Shown piece by piece: positions 62,150 to 64,000 of a stretch of DNA of 64,000 nt. Location of the stretch: NCBI RefSeq assembly GCF_002113885.1, contig NW_018406276.1, positions 128,572 through 192,571 of the forward strand, in the 5' to 3' direction. Positions within the stretch are counted from its first letter, which is position 1, and each line of letters starts with the position of its first letter. The notes under the pieces are model-generated. The model was not told the origin of the DNA and did no database searches. It saw nothing but the letters and a program-made list of their open reading frames with translations. Made by a program: the position numbers and the translations under genes. Origin of the DNA: Mizuhopecten yessoensis. Its lineage: Eukaryota.

Positions 62150-63010
62150 AGTTTTGAACATTCTTTTTCTCCCTTTGCTGATGACAGAACGGGGTTGAAT
62201 GGGAGGTCAATCCACACAAATGGCAGGTGTTCACTTTGGAGTTTCCTACCACCATACTGAGAAGGCCGTTGTCCTTCATGTCCTAGTGGACCTTCTGATT
62301 ACTATCTCTCAAGGCAGTTTCAGCCTTCATGGTGAATGTTTGATATTTCTATAATGTTAGCTTTATAAACAAGTTCTGCCCGTCGTTCTGGAAATTTGTC
62401 GCACATAACCCTTTTGAATTTCCCGAATGCGGTTATGAACTCAGGGATAGTCAGTGACTTGTTCAGACGGGGTCTTCGGACTCATATAGGTGTATGTTTA
62501 TACCCTTATGGCGATCATCCGGGCGGTCGGTCTCGAATTTGGGGATAAGAAGGGAGGCAAAATATACGTACTCCCCCTCCAGAGTTTTCTTCTTGTGAGC
62601 ATTGGATACAATGTCAATGTGGGGAATACTGTCGGAGTTTATGCCCTCACCTGTAGTCTCTGTAGTGTTGTTACCGGTCTGCTCCTGAACTTGTCTCATC
62701 AAAGCGTATGCCGTCGTCAATGTATATTCCTGAGCATTACTCTCAGGCGCATCGCAAGCTCCAATCAGTTTGATGACAGTCTGTTGGAGGCCCTACATAG
62801 TCTGTTGCATATCATGCATGGACGACAACATGCCTTCGATGATCATGTTGTTACCGGCGCTGGAGGCCACCATATGGATCCCGTCCAACTCTCGTCTCTC
62901 ACGTTAGCTCCCGGATTAACACGCAGCTGTTGGCGCCTCACTACCTTGCGGTCTAGCCAATGCCGTCGCGTCACGAAGTAGTTCCGTGTAATTGTCCTGT
63001 GCAGGCGCAC
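62150..63010 (-). mobile_element. DIRS/Ngaro-type gag fragment 8
   Basis: 'GINSDSIPHIDIVSNAHKKKTLEGEYVYFASLLIPKFE..EDP'; related to element 5 but diverged. Confidence 0.8.
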
Positions 63011-63607
63011 AGTTGTAAATATACATCCCCTCTGCAGTAACTATAAGGTTACCTATGGTTAAAACTCTTAATATGTTCCGAACCAGCAGGCTATATGAAA
63101 AGAGACCTTAATAGTATATTGATTTGATTTAAAATAATTCCGTGATTAACGGACAAAATAATTAATAATTAATGAAACTCAAGATTATTTCCGACTGGTC
63201 ATTTTGCTACGGCCGCTGGACTGAAGCGACGCTATCCAAAATTCCTGCGGCCAATCAGACTGCTGTTTGGTTGCAGGTGAGCTATCAATTACCATCATTG
63301 ACCACTGACCAGTCGGGCCCTTGGACATGTATACTGTCGACTTACACCCAACCAAATATAGATAGATCCCCCAACAAGTGATTGTTTACAGTAGGCCCTC
63401 GCTATGTATATGGTCGCTGCCCATCTCCGATACACACATAGTCAATCCACTGAATATTTACAGTACAAGGGATTAATCAATATCTATTATTAGTTAGTAT
63501 CATTGAGGATCTCATTATTATCATTATTAGCCAAGCTATACTGACTAGTAGCTTGGCTTGTAACATGTATTTGATTAATTCAATCCTGGCTTATGTACAA
63601 GTACATA

Positions 63608-64000
63608 CCCTAGTGAAAAAAACCACCGGTATTCCAGTGGGATTCCACTGGAATGCCACTGGCATACCGGTGGTAAAATCTGCCGGTATTCAACTGGGCA
63701 AAGCCATTGGCATTCAAGTGAAATGCCATTGGAAATTCCACTGGTATACCAGTGGCTTTACCACTGGTAAATTCTGCCGGCATTCCACTGAAAACCACTG
63801 GTATTCCATTGGAATACAACTGGTATGCCAGTGGAATGCCGGCAGAATTTACCAGTAGTAAAGCCAGTGGATTACCAGTGGAATTCAACTGAAATATCTG
63901 CCAGTTTTCATCTCACAAAGCAGTGGTATGCCAGTGAAATACCACTGGAATTCCAGTGTCAATCCAATGGTTATACAACTGATCAGACAATATGGACATG
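63608..64000. mobile_element. Terminus of a second CACTA/CMC-like element, running out of the window
   Basis: Starts CCCTAGTGAAAAAAA, followed by dense CCACTGG/CCAGTGG motifs in both orientations. Confidence 0.6.

Noticed and set aside
63553-63888. Overlapping ORFs on both strands
   Set aside because: Translations of CCACTGG/CCAGTGG subterminal repeats.

Overview
AT-rich animal genomic DNA with N-gaps. The repeat content (CORE/V/Meta-type SINEs, Helentron-type HINEs) suggests a bivalve mollusc; this is inference. 1-9 kb holds LINE, SINE and MITE debris. 9.1-20.0 kb holds an intact 10-coding-exon PRDM4-like gene on + (883 aa by my splice model: low-complexity N-terminus, zinc knuckle, PR/SET domain, 7 zinc fingers). 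From about 25 kb to the end the window is a dense transposon graveyard. It has a 111-bp satellite, pieces of at least 8 distinct DIRS/Ngaro-type retrotransposon gag genes (three running into only the 5' part of RT), a Gypsy gag, a degraded piggyBac, an AcademH-type deletion derivative and Penelope-type hammerhead motifs. It also has an 11.6-kb CACTA/CMC-type element with divergent transposase and BEN-domain genes. The most striking pattern is that every DIRS/Ngaro piece is gag-centred and on the minus strand, i.e. antisense to transcription running on from PRDM4. This fits a flamenco-like uni-strand piRNA cluster ('antisense gag archive'), a hypothesis that needs small-RNA data.
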